Assembly (NCBI RefSeq): GCF_000025505.1
Contig: NC_013849.1
Coordinates: 480,001-512,000 of the forward strand
Direction of reading: 5' to 3'
DNA from: Ferroglobus placidus DSM 10642
GTDB lineage: Archaea; Halobacteriota; Archaeoglobi; Archaeoglobales; Archaeoglobaceae
Length of the DNA stretch: 32,000 nucleotides
Shown in pieces: positions 18,097 to 26,679 of the stretch (the first letter of the stretch is position 1; each line of letters starts with the position of its first letter). A program made the translations under genes and the position numbers. The notes beneath the pieces are model-generated. The model made no database searches. It saw only the letters and a list, made by a program, of their open reading frames with translations, and had not been told where the DNA came from.

Positions 18097-19047
18097 ATGA
18101 GGATGTGGATACTGGTTGTGCTTGGTCTTGTTGCAGGGATTGCTGCAGGATATGCTGCAGGAGTTATGGTAGGGATGGGAGGAAAGCAGGTTTGCACATG
18201 GAATGCAGGATCTGGTACTGGCACAGCGATCTCAGAACAGCAGCTAAACAAAACCGTCGAGAAGGTCGTTAAAACTCTCCAGTCTCTTATTCCTGTGAAT
18301 GTGAGCGTGAGAGCCACGAAAGTTGAACCCTACGGCAAGCTATACCTTCTGAACCTGGAGTTCTACAACAAGAGTGGAGTGATTGCAACACAGCAAATGT
18401 TCATGGTAGGTAATGGATCAATGCTGTTATCCAGCAGCCCATCGTGTGCGGTAAACATATCCGAGCTATCAGCCCGGGCCCAGCAAACTCCATCAGCCCA
18501 GGCAGCTGTGAATGTAAGTGCAGATGACGATCCGTGGAGGGGTAACGAAAGCGCAAGTGTTGTGATCATCGAATTCTCCGATTACGCCTGCCCATACTGT
18601 GCAGAATTTGCCAATGATGTTGAACCGAAGATACTGGATAATTATGGGGATAGGGTGAAGATAGTTTTCAGGGACTTCCCCGTGCACGGTGAGATATCCT
18701 ACCTCGCAGCAGAGGCTGCAGACTGTGCCGGTGAGCAGGGTGTGAAGGAGGGGCAGGGCTGGAGCAAATACTGGGAGTACCACGACCTGCTGTTTGCAAA
18801 CCAGCAGGAGTGGATTGAGAACACAACAAAACTGTATGATTATGCAAAACAGATCGGTTTGAACACAACAGCCTTCAAAGCCTGCCTGGATTCCGGAAAA
18901 TACAGATCGGAGGTTGAGAAAGACCTGCAGGATGGCAGAAATTATGGGGTAACTGGCACACCGACATTCTTCATCAACGGCCAGAAGGTTGAGGGATTAA
19001 CGCCATACGAGGTGTTCGCCAGGTTCATTGAACAGGAGCTCAAATAA
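18097..19047 (+). CDS. dsbA: membrane-anchored DsbA-family thiol:disulfide oxidoreductase
   Basis: N-terminal TM (ILVVLGLVAGIAAGYAAGVMVG), VVIIEFSDYACPYCAEFA with CPYC, and the cis-Pro region GVTGTPTFFINGQKVEG. Confidence 0.9.
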   Translation: MRMWILVVLGLVAGIAAGYAAGVMVGMGGKQVCTWNAGSGTGTAISEQQLNKTVEKVVKTLQSLIPVNVSVRATKVEPYGKLYLLNLEFYNKSGVIATQQMFMVGNGSMLLSSSPSCAVNISELSARAQQTPSAQAAVNVSADDDPWRGNESASVVIIEFSDYACPYCAEFANDVEPKILDNYGDRVKIVFRDFPVHGEISYLAAEAADCAGEQGVKEGQGWSKYWEYHDLLFANQQEWIENTTKLYDYAKQIGLNTTAFKACLDSGKYRSEVEKDLQDGRNYGVTGTPTFFINGQKVEGLTPYEVFARFIEQELK

Positions 19048-19073
19048 TATTTTTTATATTTTTAAGTGAAAAC

Positions 19074-19739
19074 ATGAAGGTAGGGTTGTGGAGGAGAATT
19101 ACAAGGACATTCAAAGCAAATAGCAAGAAGAGAGAAAGGGAAGGGGAGAACGAAGGGAGAGAAGAAAGCGGGTATGAAGGAGGAAGTGGAGAAGAAAGAA
19201 GAGAAGAGAGAATGAGGGGACAGAGAATGATGAGGCAAAAGATGAGGGATGAAATTGTAAGGAGGGTTAGAGACTGGCTTGTTGAAGAGGGAATATACAA
19301 GGACAGGGTTACAGATGAGAATGCTGACCACCACTTCATTGCAGAAGTCCCACCCAGCTCAGGACAGCTTATCGACATCATCTTTCCAAAAAGCAGAGAG
19401 GATCTGGTGGCCATCGTTTCAGGTGTAAAGCTGAGCGATGAACACCACGCCCGGCTGATGAGCTTAAAAGCTGAGAAAAGGGATGAAATTCTCTGGAAGA
19501 TGAGATTTGACCTGCTCTTTCTCCCGACCGGATTCCAGATTCTTCCTTCTGCCGAGAACCCGCAGATTTTCCAGTTCGTCAGAGAGCTTTACTTTGATGG
19601 GCTGAACAAAAATCTATTCATAGAGGCTGTGAATCAGGTTTACCGCTGCAAGCTCTTTGTGATCTGGACAATGCAGAGACTTTTTGGAAATAACGCGGCA
19701 TCGGTGTCAGCATCTGCACACGACTCAATGTTTCTCTAA
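19074..19739 (+). CDS. hypothetical protein, resembles the archaeal DUF2299-type family
   Basis: Charged N-terminus, then VRDWLVEEGIYKDRVTDENADHHFIAEVPPSSGQLIDIIFP...; family recognised by eye only. Confidence 0.5.
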   Translation: MKVGLWRRITRTFKANSKKREREGENEGREESGYEGGSGEERREERMRGQRMMRQKMRDEIVRRVRDWLVEEGIYKDRVTDENADHHFIAEVPPSSGQLIDIIFPKSREDLVAIVSGVKLSDEHHARLMSLKAEKRDEILWKMRFDLLFLPTGFQILPSAENPQIFQFVRELYFDGLNKNLFIEAVNQVYRCKLFVIWTMQRLFGNNAASVSASAHDSMFL

Positions 19740-19790
19740 TCAGCTGAACTCAGGCATGAGGATGTGATGTGAGTGTGATGTGAGGGATTT

Positions 19791-20267
19791 ATGACGTGGT
19801 CTCACGGGTACTTCTGCCCAAAATGCGAGTGCAGGTGGGTAAAACACCTGTGTCGGGATCTACTCCCATGTGGCTGTGGGATTAGGATAGAGGATGCTGT
19901 CTACATCTACACAAAGCGGTATGCAAGGGCGGGCATGGAAATACACATAGCTTTCAAGGGATACGTGCTGGAAGACTTCATACCACGTGAGGAGAGCTAT
20001 GAGGATGCAGTAAAAAGGCTTTACAGGAAAGTGGAGGAGGATTTGCGTCGGCATCCTGGTCTGGATGCATCTACGCTCAAAAAAGCCATAGACAATGCGC
20101 TGTTCGGGAGAAGCCTCAACCTAGGGGATTGGCCAGAGAGATGCGGGAAGTGCGAGCATTTCAATAGTGTGTATGACAGAAAGAAGTGTGAGATTCACGA
20201 CTGGTGCTCGGTGGGCTGTAAAGACTTCTTAAAAAGAGAAGATGGGAGTTTGGATTCGGTGCCCTAA
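19791..20267 (+). CDS. hypothetical zinc-binding protein
   Basis: CPKCECRWVKHLCRDLLPCGCG at N-terminus and CGKCEHFNSVYDRKKCEIHDWCSVGC at C-terminus. Confidence 0.6.
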   Translation: MTWSHGYFCPKCECRWVKHLCRDLLPCGCGIRIEDAVYIYTKRYARAGMEIHIAFKGYVLEDFIPREESYEDAVKRLYRKVEEDLRRHPGLDASTLKKAIDNALFGRSLNLGDWPERCGKCEHFNSVYDRKKCEIHDWCSVGCKDFLKREDGSLDSVP

Positions 20268-20276
20268 TCCATAGAG

Positions 20277-20662
20277 GTGGTTTTATTGCAAGGTTTGTCA
20301 AGGCAAAGAGTGAAAAGGATAGTCTGGATCCTGATAGCTGCCGGTCTGATTGATTCAGCCTACCTGCTCTACATCAACATCCTCAACACCTGCTCCTTTA
20401 ATGTGTGCTCCCTCTCACCTCTGCCCCCTCAGTACCTCAGTACCTGCCAGCTCTTCTTGGTTTGCTGTGGTTCTCCTTCTCCGTGTCCATCTTCAGCAAA
20501 AAGGTGCCGAGAATTCTGCTGGAAGCGTGGAGGGTTAGCGGAGTTGCTGGAGCCTCTTTCCTCGGGACCTACGCCCTCCTGAGCCACTACTACTGTCCAC
20601 TCTGTTTCACCGCATATGCAATTGGCCTCCTTCTTATCTGGCTTTCAAGACACGTTCAATGA
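20277..20662 (+). pseudogene. VKOR-family (vitamin K epoxide reductase-like) gene split by an apparent -1 frame change
   Basis: Frame of 20277 encodes the N-terminal TM and loop cysteines (RIVWILIAAGLIDSAYLLYINILNTCSFNVCS). Frame of 20405 encodes the rest (YLPALLGLLWFSFSVSI...GASFLGTYALLSHYYCPLCFTAYAIGLLLIWLS) with the CPLC active site. Confidence 0.7.
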
Positions 20663-20787
20663 TCATCCTTTTATTAACAATTCTCACACTAACCGGATCG
20701 CCCTCCTCAACTCCGAGCAGTTTCCTGATCTGCCTGCCGATATACAACAAATAACTTTAATTTCGAGTTGAGTTTCTAAACCAATAT

Positions 20788-20952
20788 CTATTTTAAAACC
20801 CTCCATACCCTCACAACCTCTGCCTTGGCTGGCTTTCCTTCAACAAAAATTTCTATAGCTCTATGCTTTCCCGTTTGGTGGATTAGCCTTGGCTTTGACA
20901 CCTTTCTGCCAACACACCTGATCTTCTCCCCTTCAATCCTCTGGTTCGACAT
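20788..20952 (-). CDS. small basic ORF, 54 aa, not in the supplied track
   Basis: Hand translation MSNQRIEGEKIRCVGRKVSKPRLIHQTGKHRAIEIFVEGKPAKAEVVRVWRVLK*; its ATG overlaps the 3' end of the regulator gene. Confidence 0.5.
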   Translation of the reverse strand: MSNQRIEGEKIRCVGRKVSKPRLIHQTGKHRAIEIFVEGKPAKAEVVRVWRVLK

Positions 20953-21298
20953 ATCCCTCCTCCCACAGCTCCAAAAGAATGTCGTTCACAAGGCTGAGAT
21001 CAATTCTCAATGCATCGGCAATTTCATCAGCCCGGATTCTCTCCTTTCCCGTGATAAATTCAATAATTTCCCTCTTTGCCTGTTCTCTCGGGATGTCTCT
21101 GAGTTCAACCACCTCAAGCCCCCTCAGTTCCTCAGCGTAATGCCTGATTGCCTCTCTGATTGCCTCAGCCTTGGATATCTTCAGTTTTTTAATGATGATG
21201 TCGAGTTCTTTCTCAACTTCCGTTAAGTCCACGGGATAAACATACCTCTGCATGGTATAAGTCGTATAGATTGGTATAAAAACTTGTTGGTTTGACAA
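20933..21298 (-). CDS. ribbon-helix-helix / winged-HTH transcriptional regulator
   Basis: VYPVDLTEVEKELDIIIKKLKISKAEAIREAIRHYAEEL is RHH-like; RADEIADALRIDLSLVNDILLELWEEGYV is wHTH-like. Confidence 0.75.
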   Translation of the reverse strand: MSNQQVFIPIYTTYTMQRYVYPVDLTEVEKELDIIIKKLKISKAEAIREAIRHYAEELRGLEVVELRDIPREQAKREIIEFITGKERIRADEIADALRIDLSLVNDILLELWEEGYVEPED

Positions 21299-21809
21299 TT
21301 TGTTTTGGTGCTTTTATTTTTCTACAAGTTAATTAAAAATTCTCAAACTAAATCAAAGAAGTGCAATTACTGTGAGGTGCGGAAACTCTGTTAGAGCTGC
21401 GAAATGCCTCAAATACGGTTAGAAGTCCTGTATTATTTAGACCCAATATATCTAAAGTTCAAACTAAATATCTGCCCTATTTTCTTTGATAGTTCTGCTT
21501 TCCATTAGATAATGGATTTCAGGAATAAAAATTGCATTATCGCTGTTCTTCTGCTTCTCGAACTACTTTGAAGGGATATATTGGCAGATATAGCTGGAAG
21601 TCCTTTTTAAATATGCATGCATTTTCAGGACTTCAGGGAGGCTCTGGAAAAAAGATATATACGGGTAGTGTTAATTTTATTGAGACATTTTAGGTGGTGT
21701 AGAAAAGCAGGTATCCTGAAAATGGATATTGAAAGCCATATACAACCGTGTACTAACTCAAGCAGAAATCATTGAAAGTGCAATGGAATACGAATTGCGA
21801 GCTGAACGT

Positions 21810-22814
21810 TCAAAAAGCTCTGATACTGTCAATAAATCTTAACCTCTTCGGAATTGGTGGGTGTGTTGACAGAAACTCTTGCATTGGTGAAACCCTTGCT
21901 TTCTTCAGCCTTTCTATGTCTATTCTTGATATTGGCTCAGCCACTGCATTAACGAAAGCGTATATAAACAGGGTTTTAAGCTTGCTTTCAGCAACAACAT
22001 CTGCATATCTCGGGTAGTGGTTGTAGAACAGATGTATTTTTGCAAGACTTCTCTGCATTGATTCTTTGCTTGTAGCTCTCACACCCTCAAAGTCCGCATA
22101 ATATTCTCTGAGTCTGCTGAAGGCAAGAACGAGTATCTGAACGATGAAAGACACTATGACAGCAGCAAAACCCACAGCTGCGAGCTGCATCCCCCTTCTG
22201 TCATCTCTGAAGGATGCATGAATCAGAGCATAGCCAAGGTAGAAGATTACAGATGGGAGAAGGCCAAATAGGAGCATAACAAGGTTGTCTCTGTGTTTGT
22301 GATGCCCGAGTTCATGACCAATTACAGCTTCCAGCTCATCTCTGTCAAGCATGTTTATAAGGCTGTCAGAAACTGCAACGTACTTTCCTGTCAGAATGTT
22401 TCCGTATGCAAAGGCATTTGGTGGGGAAGAAACAACTACTGCCTTAGGAGGATTTACGTTTAGTCTTCTCGCTACGTTGTTTACAACCATCTGCAGTGCT
22501 TCATCTCTCCTGGCCCCATAAGTTGCATTGATGATGAAGGGTGAAATCAGGTACATCAGCAGATTTATGGCAATGAGAAAGATGATAAGTCCATAAAAGC
22601 TGATGTAGTAGCCTGCAAAGCTCAGGATAACATATATTACGCCCGCCGAAATAGAAATAATAAGAATTGCCAGCAGAACCATTGAGGTTAGCAGAGAGAA
22701 GTTCCCCGAAACTCTGCTTGCAACCTTCGGGGCTACGGTGCTGGCCAACATCAGCATTACAGCATATCCGAGCATTGCCAGCAGTATGTAGATCGGGTCA
22801 AAGAGGAACATCAT
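21810..22814 (-). CDS. htpX: M48 family zinc metalloprotease (HtpX-like)
   Basis: AVIGHELGHHKHRDN zinc motif, flanking TM segments, and AVAEPISRID...HPPIPKRLRFI. Confidence 0.9.
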   Translation of the reverse strand: MMFLFDPIYILLAMLGYAVMLMLASTVAPKVASRVSGNFSLLTSMVLLAILIISISAGVIYVILSFAGYYISFYGLIIFLIAINLLMYLISPFIINATYGARRDEALQMVVNNVARRLNVNPPKAVVVSSPPNAFAYGNILTGKYVAVSDSLINMLDRDELEAVIGHELGHHKHRDNLVMLLFGLLPSVIFYLGYALIHASFRDDRRGMQLAAVGFAAVIVSFIVQILVLAFSRLREYYADFEGVRATSKESMQRSLAKIHLFYNHYPRYADVVAESKLKTLFIYAFVNAVAEPISRIDIERLKKARVSPMQEFLSTHPPIPKRLRFIDSIRAF

Positions 22815-22914
22815 ATTGGATATTGTTGTGGATCGGATTATAAATTATTTTGAGGTTGCTTGGCGGGCTGTGCGGTAGAGCATCAGATGATACTGACCTT
22901 GTAGACTCCTTTCA

Positions 22915-24777
22915 TCAGTAGCACATCCCACTAATTTTTGGTATAAGCTCCTCGAATGCTGCCACTATCTCAACTTCCTTCCTCGTTTTGAGGAGGTTGA
23001 CCATGTACTCCACAAAATCATTCACAACCTCAGGGTCCTTCACGGGGAACCTGTCCTTGTCCCTTTTCAGGTTCAGCATCCTGATCACCTCATCCCTTCC
23101 TTCCTTCAAAAGCGTGCACACTATCTCCTTCGAAAGCTTCTTTGAAAGTATGCCAGCCTCCATGAACTCCCTCAGCCTTGCAATGTCTCCTGCTTCAACG
23201 CTAATTTTCTCCACCTCAGCAGATTTCACAGCAGCCCTGATCTCAACTGCAAGCTCTTCTCCTGCAGACATAAGCTCGCCCACAACCTCTCCGTACCTCC
23301 TGAGTATCAGCATCTCTCCCTCTCTGACAAGCAACAGCGGTTCCGGATGTATGCTCAGCCCCATGAAGTCGACAAAGCCTGGCTTGAAGTCAATGATTGC
23401 CCTGCCCTCTCTTTCTCCATCCATGCCCGCTCTTCCTCCCCATCCAAGGTCAGCCTCTTCCCCTCTCTCAGGAATGGATTTCCTGACCTTTGGCAGTCTT
23501 GCAAGCAGGTTTCTGGCAGCCTCCTCCTCTCCGTGAACGATGTATATCCTCCTCGGATAGTAGTCCATCCCCTCAACAAAGCCAACCAGCCCATCCTCAT
23601 CTGCGTGGGCTGAGAATGCACTAACATTCACAACATTGCACCTCACATCCACCTCATCACCATTCACGTACACAAGCTTATTTCCATCAACTATCTGCCT
23701 GCCAAGTGTCCCCTCCGCCTGATAGCCAACAAACAGGACTGTTGAGTTCTCATCCTGCAATATGTAAGGCAGGTGGTTCAGGACTCTCCCTCCCTCAAGC
23801 ATTCCGGATGCTGAGAGGATTATGCACGGCTCATTACTCTTAGCCAGCTCCCTGCTCCTGTTGTATGTTGTTACATACTCAAGCCCCTCAAACTCTATCG
23901 GGTTTTTCCCCCTCAGGAACAGCTCGTAAAACTCTTTTCTGAGCATGTTGCTGTAGCTTTTGTAGATATCCGTTACTCTGCTGCCAAGCGGTGTGTCGAG
24001 ATAAACCTTTACCCTGATTTTGTCCCTGAGATTCCTCAGAACATACAGGACCTCCTGCGCCCTTCCAACGGCAAACACTGGAATCAATACTTTACCACCG
24101 GCCTTTATCGTGTCGCTTATCACAGCCTTCATGGTTTCCACAGCTTTTGCCCTGTCCTCATGCCTTCTGTTCCCGTATGTTGACTCCATTATCAGCACAT
24201 CCGCCTCTTTTGGTGGGGTGGGAGGGTTCATGAGTGGAGAGGTGCCTGAACCTATGTCTCCAGTATAGCAGATTTGCAACCCGTTGATTCTGAGCAGTGT
24301 GACTGCAGAGCCAAGGATGTGGCCCGCATCGAGGAAGCTGAGCTTCACATCCTGCAGCCTTACGGGTTTGTTGTAGGGATAGGCGTCGAAATGAGACATC
24401 ACCTCAACAACATCCCTCTCATCAAAAAGGGGCGGGATGTTGCTTTTTTCGTACTCCTCCTTCATAATTTTTGCAGAATCAAGCAAGAGCAGCTCGGCTA
24501 TCGCCCTTGTTGCGGTTGTTGTTACAACCCTCCCCCTGAACCCCCTGAGGTAGAGGTAGGGGATCAGCCCTGAGTGGTCGATGTGGGCGTGGCTGAGTAT
24601 AATGTAGTCAATCTCGGATGGATCGAATGGGATGTGTTTTTCCCGCTCCACAGAATCAACTCCCTGCCTCATTCCACAGTCCAGCAGGATCTTCGTTTTA
24701 CCCGTATCAAGCAGGTGCATCGATCCGGTGACTTCCCTGCATGCTCCCAGAAATCTGATTTTAACCACACTCACCAC
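22915..24777 (-). CDS. metallo-beta-lactamase/beta-CASP exo/endoribonuclease (aCPSF2-like, no obvious KH domain)
   Basis: ILSHAHIDHSGLIP, DAGHILGSA, YTGDIGSG, MESTYGNR, GKVLIPVFAVGRAQE, ASGMLEGG and SAFSAHAD are beta-lactamase and beta-CASP motifs. Confidence 0.9.
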   Translation of the reverse strand: MVSVVKIRFLGACREVTGSMHLLDTGKTKILLDCGMRQGVDSVEREKHIPFDPSEIDYIILSHAHIDHSGLIPYLYLRGFRGRVVTTTATRAIAELLLLDSAKIMKEEYEKSNIPPLFDERDVVEVMSHFDAYPYNKPVRLQDVKLSFLDAGHILGSAVTLLRINGLQICYTGDIGSGTSPLMNPPTPPKEADVLIMESTYGNRRHEDRAKAVETMKAVISDTIKAGGKVLIPVFAVGRAQEVLYVLRNLRDKIRVKVYLDTPLGSRVTDIYKSYSNMLRKEFYELFLRGKNPIEFEGLEYVTTYNRSRELAKSNEPCIILSASGMLEGGRVLNHLPYILQDENSTVLFVGYQAEGTLGRQIVDGNKLVYVNGDEVDVRCNVVNVSAFSAHADEDGLVGFVEGMDYYPRRIYIVHGEEEAARNLLARLPKVRKSIPERGEEADLGWGGRAGMDGEREGRAIIDFKPGFVDFMGLSIHPEPLLLVREGEMLILRRYGEVVGELMSAGEELAVEIRAAVKSAEVEKISVEAGDIARLREFMEAGILSKKLSKEIVCTLLKEGRDEVIRMLNLKRDKDRFPVKDPEVVNDFVEYMVNLLKTRKEVEIVAAFEELIPKISGMCY

Positions 24778-24930
24778 CTCTTTACCTCATACTCCTCGCT
24801 ACCTATCCCCAATCTCATCTCTCAACCCAATATCTTCCCGGCATCTTTATGGCTTTGTGGGAGCCATATCCACATGCATCCAGAACATCCAGGCATACAT
24901 CCAGCATGGCTGAAAAGAACAAAAACAAAG

Positions 24931-25923
24931 CTAAACAACCACAAACTCTCCCTTTCCAAAGCTTGTTTTAGCCCCTATACCCCTAAGCTCGGCGATGGCA
25001 AGGCATTCGTAGAAAATCTCCGGCGGTTTTTCTGCAAACTCAACCTGCACCTTTGCCCCGGCAGGAATTGCCATGTCCTTCATAATCCTGTTCTTTCCCC
25101 CGTTTGGTGTCACCTTTCTGTGGAGCGACAAAACCGTTCTGGGGGGCAGGCATTCCTTCTTAACCCCCACAAATGGATCCTCATAGCTTTCATAATCCGG
25201 GTGGAAGTGCCTTCCGGCATTCTTCACCCCCGTGAGGATAGTCTCTCCCGTAAGCTCCCCGATGAAGTCGGAGATGAAGTGAAGGGTTAGCCTGTCCTTT
25301 CTTTCCAGCTCTCTTTCCAGCTCTCTTGCCCTCCTCCTGATATCCTCCAGCCTTATCATCCTGTAGTTCAGCCTGTCAATCCTGAAGTGCCCCTTCCCCT
25401 TTCCGCTCCTCCTCCCCAGCTTCAGCCCGTTCTCCTCTATCAGCTCCATTACTGCAACAAATTCCTCAGCATAATCCTCCCCCCTCCTCATATTAAGTAC
25501 AGCCTTAAACCTGTAGCTGTATCCGCGCGTAACCGCTTCAAGTCTGAAGGCCGACGTTTTTCCGGTCTTTCTGTCAACCCTCGTCTGGATGATTGTGCCT
25601 TTTCTGGTAGGATGCTTTAAAACCTGGCCGCATGTGCTGCACTTAAAGTTCTGAAACTTCTCAGCCACAAAGGGTAGAAGGAGTCCTCCGTCAGCATGAA
25701 GGGGAATTGCATCCTTGAAGTAGATTAGCGCTGCATTCTCGTCCAAAAAGCTCTTGCTCAATCCAGCATTAACATGCAGGAGTTCATACCCAACACTCCC
25801 CCTTATGTGCTGTCCCTGCGGATAGGGGTGGGTGGTGGAAAGTCCGTGTTTCTTGAAACCAGTTCCAAGGTGGTACTCGGTGATGTTGGTGATCACACCC
25901 TCAGCCACAAGAGCCACCTTCAT
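24931..25923 (-). CDS. RAMP-superfamily CRISPR-associated protein (Cas5/Cas7-type, Csx10/Csf3/Csm-like)
   Basis: Two Gly-rich RAMP-type loops, GLKLGRRSGKGKGHF and LRGIGAKTSFGKGEFVV; CSTCGQ zinc-like pair; immediately downstream of a second RAMP gene. Confidence 0.65.
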   Translation of the reverse strand: MKVALVAEGVITNITEYHLGTGFKKHGLSTTHPYPQGQHIRGSVGYELLHVNAGLSKSFLDENAALIYFKDAIPLHADGGLLLPFVAEKFQNFKCSTCGQVLKHPTRKGTIIQTRVDRKTGKTSAFRLEAVTRGYSYRFKAVLNMRRGEDYAEEFVAVMELIEENGLKLGRRSGKGKGHFRIDRLNYRMIRLEDIRRRARELERELERKDRLTLHFISDFIGELTGETILTGVKNAGRHFHPDYESYEDPFVGVKKECLPPRTVLSLHRKVTPNGGKNRIMKDMAIPAGAKVQVEFAEKPPEIFYECLAIAELRGIGAKTSFGKGEFVVV

Positions 25924-25988
25924 ACCTCTCTCCTCACGTTGCCCTCGCCTTTACCTCGCCTGCTTTTTTACTTCCCTGCTACAGCCTG

Positions 25989-26600
25989 CTACAGCTTTTC
26001 AAGGATGTTTCTGGCCTGCTTGAGGAAGTCCGTCCACTCCCTCTCCTGAATACTGAAATCTACCTTCACCCTTCCTCTTCCTCTCGTAACCCATCCCCCA
26101 ATTCCGAACTCCTCTATTGCCTTCAATCCAGCAACAATTAATTCCTTATCCCTCGGCTTCGGATCCACAACCCTTATTTTCCCCGTGAACACCGCTCCCT
26201 CCTCGATCTCCTCAATTTTGAGGGTGTTCGACACCACCCCATCCTCCCTGCTGATTCTGAGGTGCACTGATGGATGGACAATCTCCTTGTAAGATCTCTC
26301 AGAGACAAGGTCATCAATAATTGCTCTCCCCTTCTTCCCCAGAGATCCAAAGAGATCGCAGAGAACACATCTCCCGCATGGCTTTGCATCCTTCATCCCG
26401 GTATCACATACATTCTCGCCGTTCTCCCTCAGAATTCTCTCCAGATACCCCCTCAAAGCACCGTATATGGGGATTGCAACTCTCCCGTCCCCTGTTATTC
26501 TTGCAAGCTTTATATCTGCCTTCCTGTCCATTTTAATTTCTCCTGTCACTGCTGGCAAGGTTGTTGTGGCCTTTATATCGAACACCAGATACTTATTCAC
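25989..26600 (-). CDS. Cas7-type RAMP protein (Csm3/Csf2-like)
   Basis: IPIYGALRGYLERIL, then PCGRCVLCDLFGSLGKKGRAIIDDL and EEFGIGGWVTRGRGRVKV follow the Csm3/Csf2 pattern. GTG at 26600 after GGGGGTGAT is a likelier start than TTG 26621. Confidence 0.75.
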   Translation of the reverse strand: MNKYLVFDIKATTTLPAVTGEIKMDRKADIKLARITGDGRVAIPIYGALRGYLERILRENGENVCDTGMKDAKPCGRCVLCDLFGSLGKKGRAIIDDLVSERSYKEIVHPSVHLRISREDGVVSNTLKIEEIEEGAVFTGKIRVVDPKPRDKELIVAGLKAIEEFGIGGWVTRGRGRVKVDFSIQEREWTDFLKQARNILEKL

Positions 26601-26679
26601 ACCATCACCCCCTACTCTCAAAAATACTCCTCACCATTATTTAAATAGTTTGCGTATATGTGTATAGTATCCTAAAGTC

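Noticed and set aside
24800-24985. AACAAAGCT/AGCTTGTTT imperfect dyad after the RAMP gene
   Set aside because: Too imperfect and short to claim as a terminator or regulatory element.
24574-25290. Plus-strand 238-aa ORF
   Set aside because: Antisense across the beta-CASP and RAMP gene junction; not protein-like and overlaps two well-supported genes.
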